In this document: one piece after another, positions 1 to 11,502 of the stretch
Layout of the letters: each line of letters starts with the position of its first letter
Numbering within the stretch: the first letter of the stretch is position 1
NCBI GenBank assembly: GCA_018372555.1
Contig: JAHAIU010000002.1
Location: forward strand, 3,308-67,307
Source: Clostridium sp.
GTDB lineage: Bacteria; Bacillota; Clostridia; Clostridiales; Clostridiaceae
Reading direction: 5' to 3'
Length of the DNA: 64,000 nucleotides
Translations under genes and position numbers: made by a program
Notes under the pieces: model-generated
Seen by the model: the letters and a program-made list of their open reading frames with translations, nothing else
What the model was told of the DNA's origin: nothing
The model's database searches: none

Positions 1-10
1 ATTTAATATC

Positions 11-19
11 ATTATATCA
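11..19 (-). promoter_or_regulatory. Extended -10 element (TGaTATAAT) pointing out of the window; probably a SigA-type promoter for the gene after spoIVB (spo0A by usual synteny)
   Basis: Minus strand reads tgtgaTATAAT. The downstream gene is not visible, so its identity is inferred from conserved spoIVB-spo0A order. Confidence 0.45.
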
Positions 20-97
20 CAAATTATTTGAAAGAAAATAGCTTTTTTACATTTTTTTGAAATTTATTATTATATATTTCCTCTTTTTCAATTTACT

Positions 98-1288
98 TTA
101 ATTAATTATACCAGCATCTTTCAGCATCCACTCTATATATATTCCATATCCTACATCTGGTTTATTAATTAAAACGTGTGTTACCGCACCAATTAGCATA
201 TCATCTTGAATTATTGGACTTCCGCTCATTCCTTGAACTATACCTCCAGTCTTTTCCAATAATTCTTCATCAGTAACCTTTATTACCATGCTCTTTGGTC
301 CTGGTTTATCTTGAGGCAATAATTTAATTATTTCTATATCATAAAGTTTTGCTCCCGCTTCATCAATAGTAGTTATTATTTTAGCCGGCCCTTCTTTTAT
401 CTCATTTCTAAAAGCTACTTTTAGAGGTTTGTTAAAAACTGTATTGATAAGTTTTTCATTTCCTTCACCAAATATCCCCGTCTCAGTATTCTTTTCTATC
501 TTACCTAAGCTATCTTTCTCATTAACAAACAATCCTTTTAATTCTCCTGGAGAACCTTTTTCTCCTTTTCTTACACTAATTACTGATGAGTTTAAAATAC
601 TTCCTTCACTAATAGTAAAAGGTCTATCTGTATCTCCATCTGTGATCGGATGTCCTAAGGCACCAAATCGCTTTGTATTTTTATCAAAGAAAGTTAAAGT
701 CCCAATTCCAGCAGTGGAGTCTCTTACCCAAAGTCCTAATTTATATTCATCATCTTCCTTTAACAAATTAATATCTTTACTTTGAGTTATACCATTTCTT
801 ATATATTCTACTTCTATTGTATCATTAGCTACCTTCTTAATCTTACTTGATAAATCTTTAGAACTCTCTATTTCTTCACCATTTATTTTTATTAATATAT
901 CACCAAGCTCTATTCCAGAAACTTTTGCAGGACTTTCTAATCTTGCATTATCCTCTTCTATATCTGAATGTCCAACTACTAAAACGCCTTTAGTATTTAT
1001 TTTTATACCAATATTTGAACCTCCTGGATAAACTTCTAAATCCTTAACTTTGGATACAGCAATAGATTTAATTGGTATAAACCCTAATAGTTTTAATTCT
1101 AGCTCATCTTTATTAGAACTGCTATCTTTTATAAAAAAGCTATTAGATACTTTAATTGTAGAGTCATAATTACCTTCATTTATGTAAATTTTCTCTGGCA
1201 ACTTAAATATATTTACATAGGTTATTAAACTCAGAATCAACATTGGAGCTAATATAGTCACAATAAATATTGATTTTTTATTTTTCAT
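98..1288 (-). CDS. spoIVB: SpoIVB serine peptidase (PDZ + S55)
   Basis: GLWVRD, FGALGHP and GGIVQGMSGSP motifs; PDZ region; start moved to ATG 1288 after AAGGAGG. Confidence 0.95.
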   Translation of the reverse strand: MKNKKSIFIVTILAPMLILSLITYVNIFKLPEKIYINEGNYDSTIKVSNSFFIKDSSSNKDELELKLLGFIPIKSIAVSKVKDLEVYPGGSNIGIKINTKGVLVVGHSDIEEDNARLESPAKVSGIELGDILIKINGEEIESSKDLSSKIKKVANDTIEVEYIRNGITQSKDINLLKEDDEYKLGLWVRDSTAGIGTLTFFDKNTKRFGALGHPITDGDTDRPFTISEGSILNSSVISVRKGEKGSPGELKGLFVNEKDSLGKIEKNTETGIFGEGNEKLINTVFNKPLKVAFRNEIKEGPAKIITTIDEAGAKLYDIEIIKLLPQDKPGPKSMVIKVTDEELLEKTGGIVQGMSGSPIIQDDMLIGAVTHVLINKPDVGYGIYIEWMLKDAGIIN

Positions 1289-1315
1289 TTGTCTCTCCTC
1301 CTTTGCTTCTGTATT

Positions 1316-1345
1316 TAACTTTCCCACATCAAAAAACTTATATGC
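1316..1345 (-). promoter_or_regulatory. SigF/SigG-type forespore promoter of spoIVB
   Basis: GCATA-N15-GGGAAAGTTA approximates GYWTA-N15-GGNRAYAMTW; spoIVB is SigF/SigG-controlled in Bacillus. Confidence 0.7.
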
Positions 1346-1399
1346 TGTTATAACAATGTTAAAGTTTTTAATTTTTAATATATATAACTTTAAAAATAT

Positions 1400-1437
1400 A
1401 AAAAACTAAAATCATGGTAATAAACCATGATTTTAGT
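1400..1437 (-). terminator. Intrinsic terminator after recN
   Basis: 14-bp stem ACTAAAATCATGGT/ACCATGATTTTAGT followed by a T-run on the minus strand. Confidence 0.85.
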
Positions 1438-1457
1438 CTGTTCATATTCTTATTATC

Positions 1458-3164
1458 TTATGTATTAATCATAAGCATTTTTTTAATTTCTTCTTTTTTT
1501 AAATCAGCAAAGGCAACCATTTCTGAGGCATTTTCTAGTGTTACATCACTTACATCATCTCCACTAGTCATCTTGGCAATTTCCTTTATTTTTTCATACT
1601 TATTTAGGGTTCTAATTTTAGTATATGTTTTACCATTTTCCACATCTTTCGATACAAAATAATGGCAATCAGAAAGAGCAGAAATTTGTGGTAAGTGAGT
1701 TATACATAACACTTGATGATTAACTGAAACTTCATACATTTTTTCTCCTACACGTTTAGCAATAGTACCACTTATACCAGTATCAATTTCATCAAATATT
1801 AATGTAGGTATCTTATCTTTGTCCACAAAAACACATTTAATTGCTAGCATAATTCTTGAAAGTTCTCCACCAGAAACTACTTTTTCTAATACTTTCAATG
1901 GTTCACCTGGATTAGTTGAAATCATAAATATAACATCATCAAAACCTCTTTGATTAAAAGAATTTGATTTTTCTATTAAAATTTTTATTTCGGCCTTCTC
2001 CATACCAACATAGTTTAATTCTGATTTTATCTTTTCTTCTAAGAATAATGCTTTCTGGACTCTAATATTATGCATTACTTCAGAAACACTATTCATTTCT
2101 TCTTCTATTTTAATTTTTTTATTGTTTAATTCATTAATTATTTCTTCAGAGTTTACAAGCTCTTCATATTGCTTCTTTAACTTATCTAAATAATTAAGTA
2201 TTTCTTCTATAGACTCACCATATTTTTTCTTATATAAACTAATTTCATATATTCTTGAATTGATTTTCTCTAATTCAAATTCATCATAATAAATTTCTGA
2301 AGACATATCTCTAAGTTCCCTAGATATTTCTTCCAAATTATATAATGATTCCTCTACCTTTTCCCTTTTTTCCTTTATCTTATCTAAATGGTCTTCTACT
2401 CTTGATAGCTCATTTACTACCTTAGATATGCCTTCAACAACAGAAATACCCTCTATAGGACTTTCTAATATTCCATAAGATTTACTTAAAGCTAAAGAGA
2501 TTTTTTCTGCATTGGAAAGTAAATTAAATTCCTCTTTTAAATTTTCTTCTTCATCAATTTTTAAATTTGCCTTTTCAATATCATCTATTTGGAATTTAAC
2601 GTAATCTATTAATTTTTCTCTATCAGTGTTACCGTTTAACTCCTTTATCTTTTCATTTATTGAGTTATACTCACTTTGATACTCTTGAAAACTCTTTAAA
2701 TTATCCGTTAGTTCATTACCTATAAAATCATCTAAATATAAGATATGATAAGCTTTATTTAATAAATTTTGATTTTGATGTTGCCCATGTATATCTAATA
2801 ACTTTTCCCTTATTCTCTTTAAATAAGAAAGTACTATAGATTTACCATTTATTTTAATTATGCTTTTACCTGAAATAGTTGTTTCTCTAGAAATTATTAA
2901 TATATCATCAGTTATATCAAGTTCATTTAGAACTCCATAAATATCTTCATTTTCAATAGAAAAAACCGCTTCAACAAAAGTCTTATCTTCACCATATCTT
3001 ATTAAGTCTTTAGAAAACTTACCTCCTAAAACATAATCGATAGTATCTATTAATATAGATTTACCAGCACCAGTTTCACCAGATAAAATATTAAACCCTT
3101 TTTTAAAATCAATGGATAATTCTCTTATTAATGCGAAATTCTTTATATTTAATTGCAATAACAT
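1458..3164 (-). CDS. recN: DNA repair protein RecN
   Basis: GETGAGKS Walker A, SGGELSR signature, FDEID Walker B, coiled coil. Confidence 0.97.
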   Translation of the reverse strand: MLLQLNIKNFALIRELSIDFKKGFNILSGETGAGKSILIDTIDYVLGGKFSKDLIRYGEDKTFVEAVFSIENEDIYGVLNELDITDDILIISRETTISGKSIIKINGKSIVLSYLKRIREKLLDIHGQHQNQNLLNKAYHILYLDDFIGNELTDNLKSFQEYQSEYNSINEKIKELNGNTDREKLIDYVKFQIDDIEKANLKIDEEENLKEEFNLLSNAEKISLALSKSYGILESPIEGISVVEGISKVVNELSRVEDHLDKIKEKREKVEESLYNLEEISRELRDMSSEIYYDEFELEKINSRIYEISLYKKKYGESIEEILNYLDKLKKQYEELVNSEEIINELNNKKIKIEEEMNSVSEVMHNIRVQKALFLEEKIKSELNYVGMEKAEIKILIEKSNSFNQRGFDDVIFMISTNPGEPLKVLEKVVSGGELSRIMLAIKCVFVDKDKIPTLIFDEIDTGISGTIAKRVGEKMYEVSVNHQVLCITHLPQISALSDCHYFVSKDVENGKTYTKIRTLNKYEKIKEIAKMTSGDDVSDVTLENASEMVAFADLKKEEIKKMLMINT

Positions 3165-3179
3165 AAAATCTCACCTTAT

Positions 3180-3629
3180 TTATAAAATCATTTTTCTTAC
3201 TTTATCAACAAGCTCCTCAGCTCTATCTAAGCTTCTAGCTAAAATAAATATTGTATTGTCACCAGCTATAGTACCAGCAACTTCAGTATCAAACAAAGTA
3301 TCAATTGCTTCTGCCGCTGCAGATGCAGAGCCTGTTAAAGTTTTTACTACTACGAAGTTATCTACATTTTCAACTGACACAGCAGCATTAGCTAATATAC
3401 TTGATAACTTATCATTTATATCCTTAGATTCCTTAGATGAAGCAACATATTTATAGTTACCTGATGCCCCTTGCATCTTTATTAATTTTAAAATTTTGAT
3501 ATCTCTAGAAACAGTTGCTTGAGTTACGTCAAAACCAGCCCTTTTTAACTCATCAGCTAACTCCTCTTGAGTTTCTATATCTTTTTCGCTTATAATTTCC
3601 AGTATTTTTGTATGTCTTTTTGATTTCAA
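3180..3629 (-). CDS. argR: Arginine repressor
   Basis: [12 protein letters not shown] and [11 protein letters not shown] start after GAAGGTGA. Confidence 0.96.
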   Translation of the reverse strand: MKSKRHTKILEIISEKDIETQEELADELKRAGFDVTQATVSRDIKILKLIKMQGASGNYKYVASSKESKDINDKLSSILANAAVSVENVDNFVVVKTLTGSASAAAEAIDTLFDTEVAGTIAGDNTIFILARSLDRAEELVDKVRKMIL

Positions 3630-3630
3630 A

Positions 3631-4482
3631 TTAATCACCTTCACAATCTTTCCAATTATTTATAATTTTCGCCCTCAAAACCTTAAAATAATCATAGTCA
3701 TCAAATAAAATAATACTTGCATGCTCTTTTGATTTTCTTATACATATTGTTGCTTCATCTATATATCTTATTGATTTCTGGCCATCAAAAATTATATTAA
3801 ATTCTTCATCATTGTTCTCTATCTTAACTTCTATATTTGAGTTGCTGTTTAATACTATTGGTTGTACCCCAGTAGTATGAGCGCATATAGGTGTTAAGGT
3901 TATTGCATCTACAGTAGGATAAACAAAAGGACCTCCAGCTGAAAAAGAATATGCAGTTGATCCTGTAGGTGTAGCTACTATTAAGCCGTCACCCTTAAAG
4001 GTATAATATCTCTTACCATCAATGAAAATTTGAAATCTTATCATTCTTGATAAGCTTCCTCTAGATATTACAATATCATTTAGTGCTAAAGATTGCCCTT
4101 TATTAATGTCTTCTGGAATATTAGATTTTAAAAGTATTCTCTCTTCAACCCTATATTCTAAATCTCTTAATTTTTTAAAAGCTAAATCAACATCTGATAT
4201 TTCTACACTAGATAAAAACCCTAAATTTCCTATGTTAATCCCTAAAATAGGAACATCTATCTTTCCATTAATTCCTCTAGCAACACTTAATATAGTTCCG
4301 TCCCCACCTAGAACTATAATAAGATCTAATGAGTCCTGAAACTCATAATTAATGATATTGTAACTATCTACCATTACTATTTCTATATTTCCGAAATACT
4401 CTATAAGTTTTTCTTTTACTTTTATAGCGCTTTCATTACTTTTATCCTTATCTAAGTTAATTGCAATGGCAACTCTTCTCAT
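3631..4482 (-). CDS. nadK: NAD kinase
   Basis: GGDGT, GNLGFL and TPTGSTAY motifs. Confidence 0.95.
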   Translation of the reverse strand: MRRVAIAINLDKDKSNESAIKVKEKLIEYFGNIEIVMVDSYNIINYEFQDSLDLIIVLGGDGTILSVARGINGKIDVPILGINIGNLGFLSSVEISDVDLAFKKLRDLEYRVEERILLKSNIPEDINKGQSLALNDIVISRGSLSRMIRFQIFIDGKRYYTFKGDGLIVATPTGSTAYSFSAGGPFVYPTVDAITLTPICAHTTGVQPIVLNSNSNIEVKIENNDEEFNIIFDGQKSIRYIDEATICIRKSKEHASIILFDDYDYFKVLRAKIINNWKDCEGD

Positions 4483-4502
4483 AATCATGCCCCCTGTATT
4501 TT

Positions 4503-4586
4503 CAGTTAACAATTAATAATTAACGTTGGATGATTGTAGATATAATTTTATCCAAATTAATTAAAAGATCATTTTCATTTTACACT
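4503..4586. repeat. Variant heptamer-flanked intergenic element
   Basis: CAGTTAA CAATTAA TAATTAA, then a TTGGAT...ATCCAA inverted repeat, then degenerate reverse units (TCATTTTCATTTTACACT). Confidence 0.45.
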
Positions 4587-4633
4587 AAATGTTTAACAAT
4601 TATAGGTACAATTTATTATAAATTATTTATAAT

Positions 4634-5443
4634 CTATAATAAGTTATGAGACTGTTCTACTATTGTATCTACATTACTAATATTAAAATTCGTTTCTTTA
4701 TTTTTATCTTTACTAAAGTAAACTAAGTATTCGATATTTCCTTCTGGCCCCTTGATTGGTGAGTAGCTTACGGCAAGTATATTTAAATCTTCTTTTTGAA
4801 GAGCATTTACTATATCCATTACTACTTCTTTATGAACAGCAATATCTCTTACTACCCCTTTTTTACCTACTTTTTCTCTTCCTGCTTCAAACTGAGGTTT
4901 AATTAATGCAACTACTTCTCCGTCATCCTTTAAAAGATTTAATGTTGCCGGCATTATTTTCTTTAAAGAGATAAAAGATACATCAATAGATGCAAAGTCA
5001 ACTTTTTCTCCAATATCTTCAGTAGTAACATATCTTATATTCGTTCTTTCCATACATACTACTCTCTCATCAGTTCTTAGTTTCCAAGCAAATTGTCCAT
5101 ATCCTACATCTATTGAGAATACTTTACTTGCACCATTTTGTAGCATACAATCTGTAAAGCCACCTGTAGACGCTCCTATATCCATACATACCTTATTATC
5201 TAATACTAATCCAAATTCCTTTATTGCCTTTTCAAGTTTTAATCCACCTCTACTTACATAAGGAATTTCTTGACCCTTGAAAACTATATCTGCATCTATA
5301 GAAACTTTTTCTCCTGCTTTATCAACTCTTTGCCCATCAACAAATATCTTTCCTGCCATTATACTTGTCTTAGCTCTTTCTCTTGATGTAAATATTCCTT
5401 TTTCAACTAATAGTATATCAAGTCTTTCTTTTTTCCCAGACAT
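4634..5443 (-). CDS. tlyA: TlyA family rRNA 2'-O-methyltransferase (S4 + FtsJ domain)
   Basis: RLDILL, YVSRGGLKL, DIGASTGGFTD and LIKPQFE motifs. Confidence 0.95.
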   Translation of the reverse strand: MSGKKERLDILLVEKGIFTSRERAKTSIMAGKIFVDGQRVDKAGEKVSIDADIVFKGQEIPYVSRGGLKLEKAIKEFGLVLDNKVCMDIGASTGGFTDCMLQNGASKVFSIDVGYGQFAWKLRTDERVVCMERTNIRYVTTEDIGEKVDFASIDVSFISLKKIMPATLNLLKDDGEVVALIKPQFEAGREKVGKKGVVRDIAVHKEVVMDIVNALQKEDLNILAVSYSPIKGPEGNIEYLVYFSKDKNKETNFNISNVDTIVEQSHNLL

Positions 5444-5454
5444 CTTTATCTCCT

Positions 5455-7314
5455 TTATTTATTCAGTTCTATAACAGTTTTTGCTATTCCTTCTGGATCT
5501 AATTTATTTTCTTTATATAATAAGTTAACATCACCTTGATGAACAAACTTGTTCTCATACCCCATAGCTTTAAATTTATTCTTAAATCCATTTTCATAAA
5601 GCTTCATAAGAACATAGCTTCCAAAGCCCCCACTTGTAACGTTATCTTCTATAGTAATTACAGTATTGTCACTAGCTACAACTTCTTTTAGTATTTCCAC
5701 ATCTAATGGTTTTATAAATGTAGCATTTATAATAGTTGGATTTATTCCTTCTTTTAGAAGAAGCTCTTTCGCTAATAAAGTATGTTGTAACATCTTACCA
5801 GAAGTAATTATAGTAATCTTTTCACCTGAATTTATCTTTTCCCATTTGCCATAATTTATTTCCTTTATTGGTGTAATTTCAATATTGCTATCTCCACCTC
5901 TAGGATACCTAATGGCAACTGGTCCATTTTGTTTTAATGCAAACTCTAACATAGGTTTTACTTCATCTGTATGCTTCGGTGCTAGTATAGTCATATTTGG
6001 AATTTGTGATAGGTAAGAAATATCAAATATTCCTTGATGTGTTTCACCATCTTCTCCAACTAATCCAGCCCTATCTATAGCAAATACCACTGGCATATTT
6101 TGAATACATACATCATGTATAACTTGATCAAAAGCTCTTTGTAAAAATGTTGAATACACAGCAAAAACAGGTTTCATATTTGCAGCTGCAAGTCCTGCTG
6201 CAAATGTAGTTGCATGCTGCTCAGCTATCCCAACATCAAAGAATCTATCCTTATAAATGTTTGAGAACTCTTTAAGTCCTGTTCCATCTGGCATTGCAGC
6301 TGTTATTGCTACAACTCTATCATCCTCTTTTGCTATTTCTATCATTGCATTTCCAAAAGCTTTTGAATAGTTCATCTTACTTGATGTATTAGATTCTCCA
6401 CTTTCTAAGTCAAAAGGGCTTACTCCATGGTATTTATTAGGATTCTTTTCTGCAAGTTCATATCCTTTCCCTTTGCTTGTAACTACGTGTATTATAACAG
6501 GTTCTTCTATTTCTTTTGCCATTTCTAATACTTCATTCATAGTTTCTATATCATGTCCATCAATAGGACCTATATATTTCAATCCCATATCTTCAAATAA
6601 CATTGAAGGCACTACAAATTGCTTCACACTATCTTTAAATCTTGAAATAACCTTAGCAAGCTTCTCACCTGCCTTTGAATTTTTTAAAGTTTCATTTATA
6701 TTAGATTTTAACCTATTATATTTAGGTTCCATTCTTAATTTATTTAAATGTGTTGATAACCCACCAACATTATCGGCTATGGACATCTGATTATCATTTA
6801 AAATAACTATTACTTTTGTCTTATTAAATCCTACATCATTTAATGCTTCTAAAGCCATACCACCAGTTAAAGCTCCATCTCCAATTACAGCAATTACTTC
6901 ATTTTTTTCCTTTTTTATATCTCTAGCTCTAGCCATACCTAGAGCCGCTGATATAGACGTACTACTATGACCAGTATCGAAAGTATCATACTTACTTTCA
7001 CATCTTTTTGGAAATCCACTTAACCCATTATATTTTCTTAAGTCTACAAATCTATCTTTTCTTCCAGTTAATATTTTATGAATATAACATTGATGTCCAA
7101 CGTCCCATACTATTTTGTCTTTTTCTAAATCAAAACTTTTAAATAAGCTTATAGTAAGCTCTACAACCCCTAAATTAGAAGCTAAATGTCCACCAGTTTT
7201 AGATACACTATCTATTAAAAAGTCTCTAACTTCTGATGCTAACACTTCTAACTCTGCCTTGGATAAATCCTTTACTCCTGAAGGAGAGGTAATATTATCT
7301 AATATTCTACCCAT
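5455..7314 (-). CDS. dxs: 1-deoxy-D-xylulose-5-phosphate synthase
   Basis: GGHLASNLG, WDVGHQ, GHSSTSIS, GDGALTGG and DRAGLVGEDG motifs. Confidence 0.97.
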   Translation of the reverse strand: MGRILDNITSPSGVKDLSKAELEVLASEVRDFLIDSVSKTGGHLASNLGVVELTISLFKSFDLEKDKIVWDVGHQCYIHKILTGRKDRFVDLRKYNGLSGFPKRCESKYDTFDTGHSSTSISAALGMARARDIKKEKNEVIAVIGDGALTGGMALEALNDVGFNKTKVIVILNDNQMSIADNVGGLSTHLNKLRMEPKYNRLKSNINETLKNSKAGEKLAKVISRFKDSVKQFVVPSMLFEDMGLKYIGPIDGHDIETMNEVLEMAKEIEEPVIIHVVTSKGKGYELAEKNPNKYHGVSPFDLESGESNTSSKMNYSKAFGNAMIEIAKEDDRVVAITAAMPDGTGLKEFSNIYKDRFFDVGIAEQHATTFAAGLAAANMKPVFAVYSTFLQRAFDQVIHDVCIQNMPVVFAIDRAGLVGEDGETHQGIFDISYLSQIPNMTILAPKHTDEVKPMLEFALKQNGPVAIRYPRGGDSNIEITPIKEINYGKWEKINSGEKITIITSGKMLQHTLLAKELLLKEGINPTIINATFIKPLDVEILKEVVASDNTVITIEDNVTSGGFGSYVLMKLYENGFKNKFKAMGYENKFVHQGDVNLLYKENKLDPEGIAKTVIELNK

Positions 7315-7333
7315 ACTTAAACCTTTCTTTCTG

Positions 7334-8209
7334 TTAAAATTCCCTATTTAATAAATCTATAGTTAATTCTTTTAATTCTGAAGCTTCTACAGAAAGGCTA
7401 TCTAACAATTTTATACATTCATTAGTCAAATTAATACATTCCTTTTCACAGTACTCTAACCCAAATAGAGATATAAAATTTGACTTATTCCTATTCTCAT
7501 CACAATTTATATTTTTACCTAGTTTTTCTACATCACCAACAATATCTAAAATATCATCTTTTATTTGAAAAGCTAATCCAAGCTTCAAACCAAAATTATT
7601 TAGAATTTCAATATCTTCCTTAGATGCATTAGCAAAAATTGCTGCTGCTACTACTGAAGCCCTAATTAATTCTCCTGTTTTCTTATTATGCATATATAAA
7701 AGCTCTTCTTTAGAAATTGCTTTATCTTCATTTATTATATCAACAATTTGGCCACCAATCATACCTTCAGGTCCTGCTGCTTCTGCAATTTCCCTTGAAG
7801 CAAGTAAAGCATTTCCTCCATTGTCTAAAGAAAATTTCATAAGTACACTCATAGCTTCATTTAGTAACGTATCCCCTGCTAAAACAGCTATATTTTCTCC
7901 AAACTTTTTATGATTAGTTGGCATACCTCTTCTTAAATCATCATCATCCATACATGGTAAATCATCATGAATAAGAGAATAAGTGTGAATCATTTCAATT
8001 GCTGCTGCCATTTCTATTACATCTTTATAATTCTTATTATATAACTCTGAAGTCAATAAAAAAAGTAGAGGTCTAACTCTCTTTCCACCAATTAACAAAC
8101 TATAACTAGCAGAATCATATATAATCTTATTATAACTTCCTTTATCCTTAAAATACAAATTTAAATATTCATTAATATAATCTCTATATAAATTAACCTT
8201 ACTACTCAT
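7334..8209 (-). CDS. ispA: Farnesyl diphosphate synthase / geranyltranstransferase
   Basis: [18 protein letters not shown] and FQIKDD motifs. Confidence 0.93.
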   Translation of the reverse strand: MSSKVNLYRDYINEYLNLYFKDKGSYNKIIYDSASYSLLIGGKRVRPLLFLLTSELYNKNYKDVIEMAAAIEMIHTYSLIHDDLPCMDDDDLRRGMPTNHKKFGENIAVLAGDTLLNEAMSVLMKFSLDNGGNALLASREIAEAAGPEGMIGGQIVDIINEDKAISKEELLYMHNKKTGELIRASVVAAAIFANASKEDIEILNNFGLKLGLAFQIKDDILDIVGDVEKLGKNINCDENRNKSNFISLFGLEYCEKECINLTNECIKLLDSLSVEASELKELTIDLLNREF

Positions 8210-8414
8210 TTTTAAGCTCCACTTCCATATTTTCTTTTATTACAGTTATCTTACCTTCTAAAGCATTAAGGGTTTTATATAATTTATTAATTAATTTTAT
8301 TCCGCCTTCATATTCCTTCATTAACTCTTCAAGAGGTAATTCGTTTTTTTCCATTTTATCTAAAATCCCCTGAAGATTAACTAGCATATCTTCGTAACTT
8401 TCTTTTTTAGCCAT
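8202..8414 (-). CDS. xseB: Exodeoxyribonuclease VII small subunit
   Basis: SYE..L..I...ME...LEE....YE.G pattern; follows xseA. Confidence 0.9.
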   Translation of the reverse strand: MAKKESYEDMLVNLQGILDKMEKNELPLEELMKEYEGGIKLINKLYKTLNALEGKITVIKENMEVELKNE

Positions 8415-8437
8415 AAATAATCTACTCCCTTTTACAT

Positions 8438-9637
8438 TTACATATTATTAGTAATTTTAGCCTTTACTTTGCCATCTTTAAACATTATCTGAACTTCATC
8501 ATTTTCTTTTATATTTTCTTTTGATGAAATAACCTTTCCTTCATTATCCTCCACAATTGTATATCCCTTTTTAAGAACATTTAAAGGATTATGAGCTTCT
8601 AATAAATCATTTAATGATTTTATTCTAAGTTTTTCTCTATCTATTCTATTACTAATTATTTCTTTCATTTTCTCATGAGTTCTATCAATTTCTAAAAAAG
8701 AATTAGATATTAACACTTCAGGACTATTTAAGTTTAAAATTCTTTTAATATTTGATAGTTTTTCCTTTTGATACCCTATTTCACTAATAGTTATATTATT
8801 AATCTTATCAAGACTATCTTCAATAAAATTTCTAATATCACTTTCAAGTGGCACAGCCACTTCTGCTGCCTGAGAAGGTGTAGCTGCTCTAAAATCACTT
8901 ACAAAATCAGAAATAGTATAATCTACTTCATGACCAACTGCTGAAATTATAGGTAATTTTGACTTAAATATTTCTTTTGCTAATGATTCTTCATTGAAGT
9001 TCCAAAGTTCCTCTAAAGAACCTCCTCCTCTACCTATAATTATAATATCAACATTCTTCTCATTATTAAAATACTTTATACCTTCTATTATAGTTTTATA
9101 AGCACCTTCACCTTGAACTACTGCTGGATATAAAACTATATCTACTAATGAATTTCTTCTTTGAGTTACATTAATTATATCTCTAATAACAGCACCAGTT
9201 TCTGATGTTACAACCCCTATCCTATTTGGAAATCTAGGTATAGGTTTTTTATTTGTAGAATCAAAGTATCCTTCTTTTTCAAGTTTCTTTTTAAGTTCTT
9301 CAAATTTAATATGAAGTTCACCTAAACCTTCTTTTTGCATACTATCTATATATAATTGAAGAGATCCAGTTCCTTGATAAATTGAACATCTTGCCTTTGC
9401 AACAATCTGCATACCATCTTCTAATTTAAAATCTAAAGAGTAGGCATTTCCTTTAAACATTACGCAGTTAATTTTACTTACTGAGTCCTTTAAAGAAAAA
9501 TAAATATGTCCGCTGCTATGATATTTTAAATTAGATATTTCTCCCTTTATAACAAGGTTACTTAAAATGAAGTCATTATCTAATATCTTTTTTATATAAT
9601 TATTAACTTCACTAACAGTTAAAGCTTTAATTTTCAT
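8438..9637 (-). CDS. xseA: Exodeoxyribonuclease VII large subunit
   Basis: [27 protein letters not shown] and TPS motifs. Confidence 0.96.
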   Translation of the reverse strand: MKIKALTVSEVNNYIKKILDNDFILSNLVIKGEISNLKYHSSGHIYFSLKDSVSKINCVMFKGNAYSLDFKLEDGMQIVAKARCSIYQGTGSLQLYIDSMQKEGLGELHIKFEELKKKLEKEGYFDSTNKKPIPRFPNRIGVVTSETGAVIRDIINVTQRRNSLVDIVLYPAVVQGEGAYKTIIEGIKYFNNEKNVDIIIIGRGGGSLEELWNFNEESLAKEIFKSKLPIISAVGHEVDYTISDFVSDFRAATPSQAAEVAVPLESDIRNFIEDSLDKINNITISEIGYQKEKLSNIKRILNLNSPEVLISNSFLEIDRTHEKMKEIISNRIDREKLRIKSLNDLLEAHNPLNVLKKGYTIVEDNEGKVISSKENIKENDEVQIMFKDGKVKAKITNNM

Positions 9638-10475
9638 TGTTTTCTAACGCCTCACAAGCATTCTTAATAAGTAATGTAGTAGTTAATGCTCCTACTCCAC
9701 CTGGTACTGGTGTTATCATATTAACCTTATTAGAAACTCTTTCAAAATCTACATCTCCAGTAATTTTCCCATCTAAAGATGAAGTTCCTACATCAATTAC
9801 TATAGACTTTTCATTAACAAAATCTTCATTTAGATATTTAGGCCTTCCAATAGCTACAACTATTATATCTGCGTTCCTACATATATCTTGTAAGTTTTTA
9901 GTCCTAGAATGACATATAGTTACTGTAGCATTTTTATTTAGTAATAATTGTGCCACTGGCTTACCTACTATGTTACTTCTTCCAATTACAACTACACTTT
10001 TTCCTTCTAATTCAATTTCATACTTTTCTAATAAAGTTATAACTGAATTTGGAGTACAAGGTAAAAATACCTTTTCGCCACAATATAGCTTACCTTGGTT
10101 TTCATATGTTAAACAATCAATGTCTTTATCTGCTGATATGACATTGATGACTTTCTTTTCATTTATTCCTTTCGGTAGAGGTAATTGAAGTATTATCCCA
10201 TTTACATTGTTATCATTATTTAATTTTTCTATTTCATCAATTAAATGATCTTCTGAAATAGTTTCATCTAATAATAGCTTTTCAAAATCTACCCCAAGTG
10301 AAGTAGCTACCTTTTCTTGATTATTAATGTAAAATACTGATCCCCCATCATTACCTACTAAAATTGAAACTACCTTTGGAACCTTTAGTCCTTTATCTTT
10401 TCTATTATTTACAAAACTTCTTATTTCTTCTTTTATCTCTAAGGATACTTTTCTTCCATCTATAATAATTCCCAT
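9627..10475 (-). CDS. folD: Methylene-THF dehydrogenase/cyclohydrolase
   Basis: [18 protein letters not shown] and TPVPGGVG motifs. Confidence 0.96.
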   Translation of the reverse strand: MGIIIDGRKVSLEIKEEIRSFVNNRKDKGLKVPKVVSILVGNDGGSVFYINNQEKVATSLGVDFEKLLLDETISEDHLIDEIEKLNNDNNVNGIILQLPLPKGINEKKVINVISADKDIDCLTYENQGKLYCGEKVFLPCTPNSVITLLEKYEIELEGKSVVVIGRSNIVGKPVAQLLLNKNATVTICHSRTKNLQDICRNADIIVVAIGRPKYLNEDFVNEKSIVIDVGTSSLDGKITGDVDFERVSNKVNMITPVPGGVGALTTTLLIKNACEALENNEN

Positions 10476-10497
10476 AAAATCGCCCCCATTACCTTTC

Positions 10498-10902
10498 CTA
10501 TAAGCTCTTTAATGCCTTATCTAATACTGCATTAATAAATGAAACACTCTTTTCATCTGAATATTTTTTTGTAATCTCAACTGCTTCATTAATTGCAACA
10601 CTTCCTGGTACATCATCTTGATATAACATTTCAGCTATTGCAAGTCTTAAAATTGAAAGATTAACCTTTGATATTCTTTCAAACTTCCAATTAGTTAGTG
10701 CTCCTTCAATCTTTTTATCTATTTCTTCTTTATTTTCTTCTACTTTAGATAATATTTCTTCTATGTATTCTAAATCTATAGTACTTAGCTTCATTTCAAA
10801 GTCTTCTTTAAATGTAGAAATAGTTTCTTCTAAGCTGTTTTTACTTAATGTCATCCCAAATAATAATTCCATTGCTATTTCTCTCGATTTTTTTCTATTC
10901 AT
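10498..10902 (-). CDS. nusB: Transcription antitermination factor NusB
   Basis: N-terminal [24 protein letters not shown]. Confidence 0.95.
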   Translation of the reverse strand: MNRKKSREIAMELLFGMTLSKNSLEETISTFKEDFEMKLSTIDLEYIEEILSKVEENKEEIDKKIEGALTNWKFERISKVNLSILRLAIAEMLYQDDVPGSVAINEAVEITKKYSDEKSVSFINAVLDKALKSL

Positions 10903-11000
10903 TATATCCTCCTAAGTGTTGTTAATAATAGTATTATTAATTATTAACCGTTTCAAACTTTCTAATCATAAATATACTACAACAAATTTATTTAAAGCAC

Positions 11001-11030
11001 AAGAAAATACCCTCTGAAAAATCAGAGGGT
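11001..11030 (-). terminator. Terminator-like hairpin after asp23
   Basis: ACCCTCTGA/TCAGAGGGT stem; minus-strand tail ATTTTCTT. Confidence 0.7.
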
Positions 11031-11034
11031 TAAA

Positions 11035-11421
11035 TTAATTTTCTTTTCTGTCTTCTTTCTCAGTTTTTGGTACGAAAATGCTTTGAACATTTATATTAAC
11101 TGAGGAAACTTTTAATCCTGTCATAGTTTCAACCGTCCTCTTAACATTTTCTTGAACTGCACCAACAACTTCAGGTATCTTAACGCCATATTCAACTGAT
11201 AAGTTTAAATCAATTATAGCATAGTCTTCATTTAATGTTACTCTTACATTTTTTCCAAGGTTCTTCTTACCTTTTAACAATTGTGATATGTTGCTACCAA
11301 CTAGGTGTTGTAAATCTTCTACACCATTTATTTCTTCTGCCGCAATTCCAGCTATAACACTAACAACCTCATCAGAAATTTTAACAATTCCTAAGTTTTC
11401 TTCATAGTTCATATTATCCAT
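11035..11421 (-). CDS. Asp23/Gls24 family protein (YqhY-like)
   Basis: ISDEVVSVIAGIAA and VETMTGL..SSVNINV motifs; position upstream of nusB. Confidence 0.92.
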   Translation of the reverse strand: MDNMNYEENLGIVKISDEVVSVIAGIAAEEINGVEDLQHLVGSNISQLLKGKKNLGKNVRVTLNEDYAIIDLNLSVEYGVKIPEVVGAVQENVKRTVETMTGLKVSSVNINVQSIFVPKTEKEDRKEN

Positions 11422-11468
11422 ACTAATACCTCCTAAGTGTTTCGAAAACAAAACTCTTTCATATGTTA

Positions 11469-11497
11469 ATTATAACAAAGCATAGTTTATATTACAA
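11469..11497 (-). promoter_or_regulatory. SigA promoter for asp23-nusB
   Basis: TTGTAA-N17-TATAAT with TG extension. Confidence 0.7.
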
Positions 11498-11502
11498 TGT
11501 AT

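Noticed and set aside
4634..5443. tlyA as a haemolysin / virulence island
   Set aside because: It sits in the conserved dxs-tlyA-nadK core context with intact methyltransferase motifs.
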